From a virus (lineage: Duplodnaviria > Caudoviricetes), in IMG/VR virus record IMGVR_UViG_3300025725_000003, positions 1 through 57,361 of that record: 57,361 nt of DNA. The stretch is one strand, 5' to 3'. The notes below the pieces were generated by a model. It was not told where the DNA came from and made no database searches. It was given only the letters and a program-made list of their open reading frames with translations. Below, one piece after another: positions 57,194 through 57,361 of this stretch (the stretch's first letter is position 1; each line of letters begins with the position of its first letter). The position numbers were made by a program, and so were the translations under genes.

Positions 57194-57361
57194 AACTACC
57201 ACTGAGCTAAAGACTCAGTGGCTTTAAAAGCCTAAGTTTACCAGAACACTGATCGGAGTTAACAAAATCAGTAAACGATGTGGGCGAATACATAGTTACC
57301 TTCAGATGCCGTCTCAGTCTGAAGCTCTAAGCTGGTGCAACCCAACTGAGGTAAGGAAGGG
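57191..57361 (+). ncRNA. IS200/IS605 element end with IscB/IsrB-type omegaRNA (HEARO) scaffold, truncated by the window end
   Basis: GTAAACTACC start; CCACTGAG-CTAAAGA-CTCAGTGG end hairpin; GTAAACT/AGTTTAC pairing followed by CAG; ACTGAT/ATCAGT stem; ATAG.TACC-TTCAGA-TGC...TCTGAAG-CTCT stem. Confidence 0.82.

Overview
The window is an apparently complete ~57.07 kb genome of a tailed archaeal virus (Caudoviricetes, siphovirus-like tail). Positions 1-122 recur at 57072-57193, so the contig circularises. The host is most likely Methanosarcina/Methanosarcinaceae, based on a DUF1699-like gene and disaggregatase-like beta-helix proteins. All product calls come from motifs and gene order read by eye, not from database searches. 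Modules: (i) a nucleotide-metabolism cluster (ASCH, ferredoxin:thioredoxin reductase-like, dNMP kinase, and a thymidylate-synthase-family enzyme carrying the dCMP-specific Asp) with HNH, ERCC4 and PD-(D/E)XK nucleases; (ii) primase-polymerase, helicase and a candidate iteron-flanked origin; (iii) terminases and portal, then a head module split by about 20 kb of inserted genes; (iv) a candidate lysis/matrix-degradation cassette (papain-like protease, disaggregatase-like beta-helices, holin-like membrane proteins); (v) an unexpected VirB2/VirB6/VirB3/VirB4-like (T4SS/Ced-like) membrane module with no recognisable relaxase or coupling protein; (vi) protease-scaffold, capsid, neck and tail genes, including a -1 frameshifted chaperone and a 2038-aa multi-domain distal tail protein; (vii) small early genes sharing promoter and leader motifs. 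The last 171 nt are the 5' part of an IS200/IS605 IscB-type omegaRNA (HEARO) inserted at a site that appears empty at the start of the window. No integrase, DNA polymerase, reverse transcriptase, tRNA or CRISPR array was seen.
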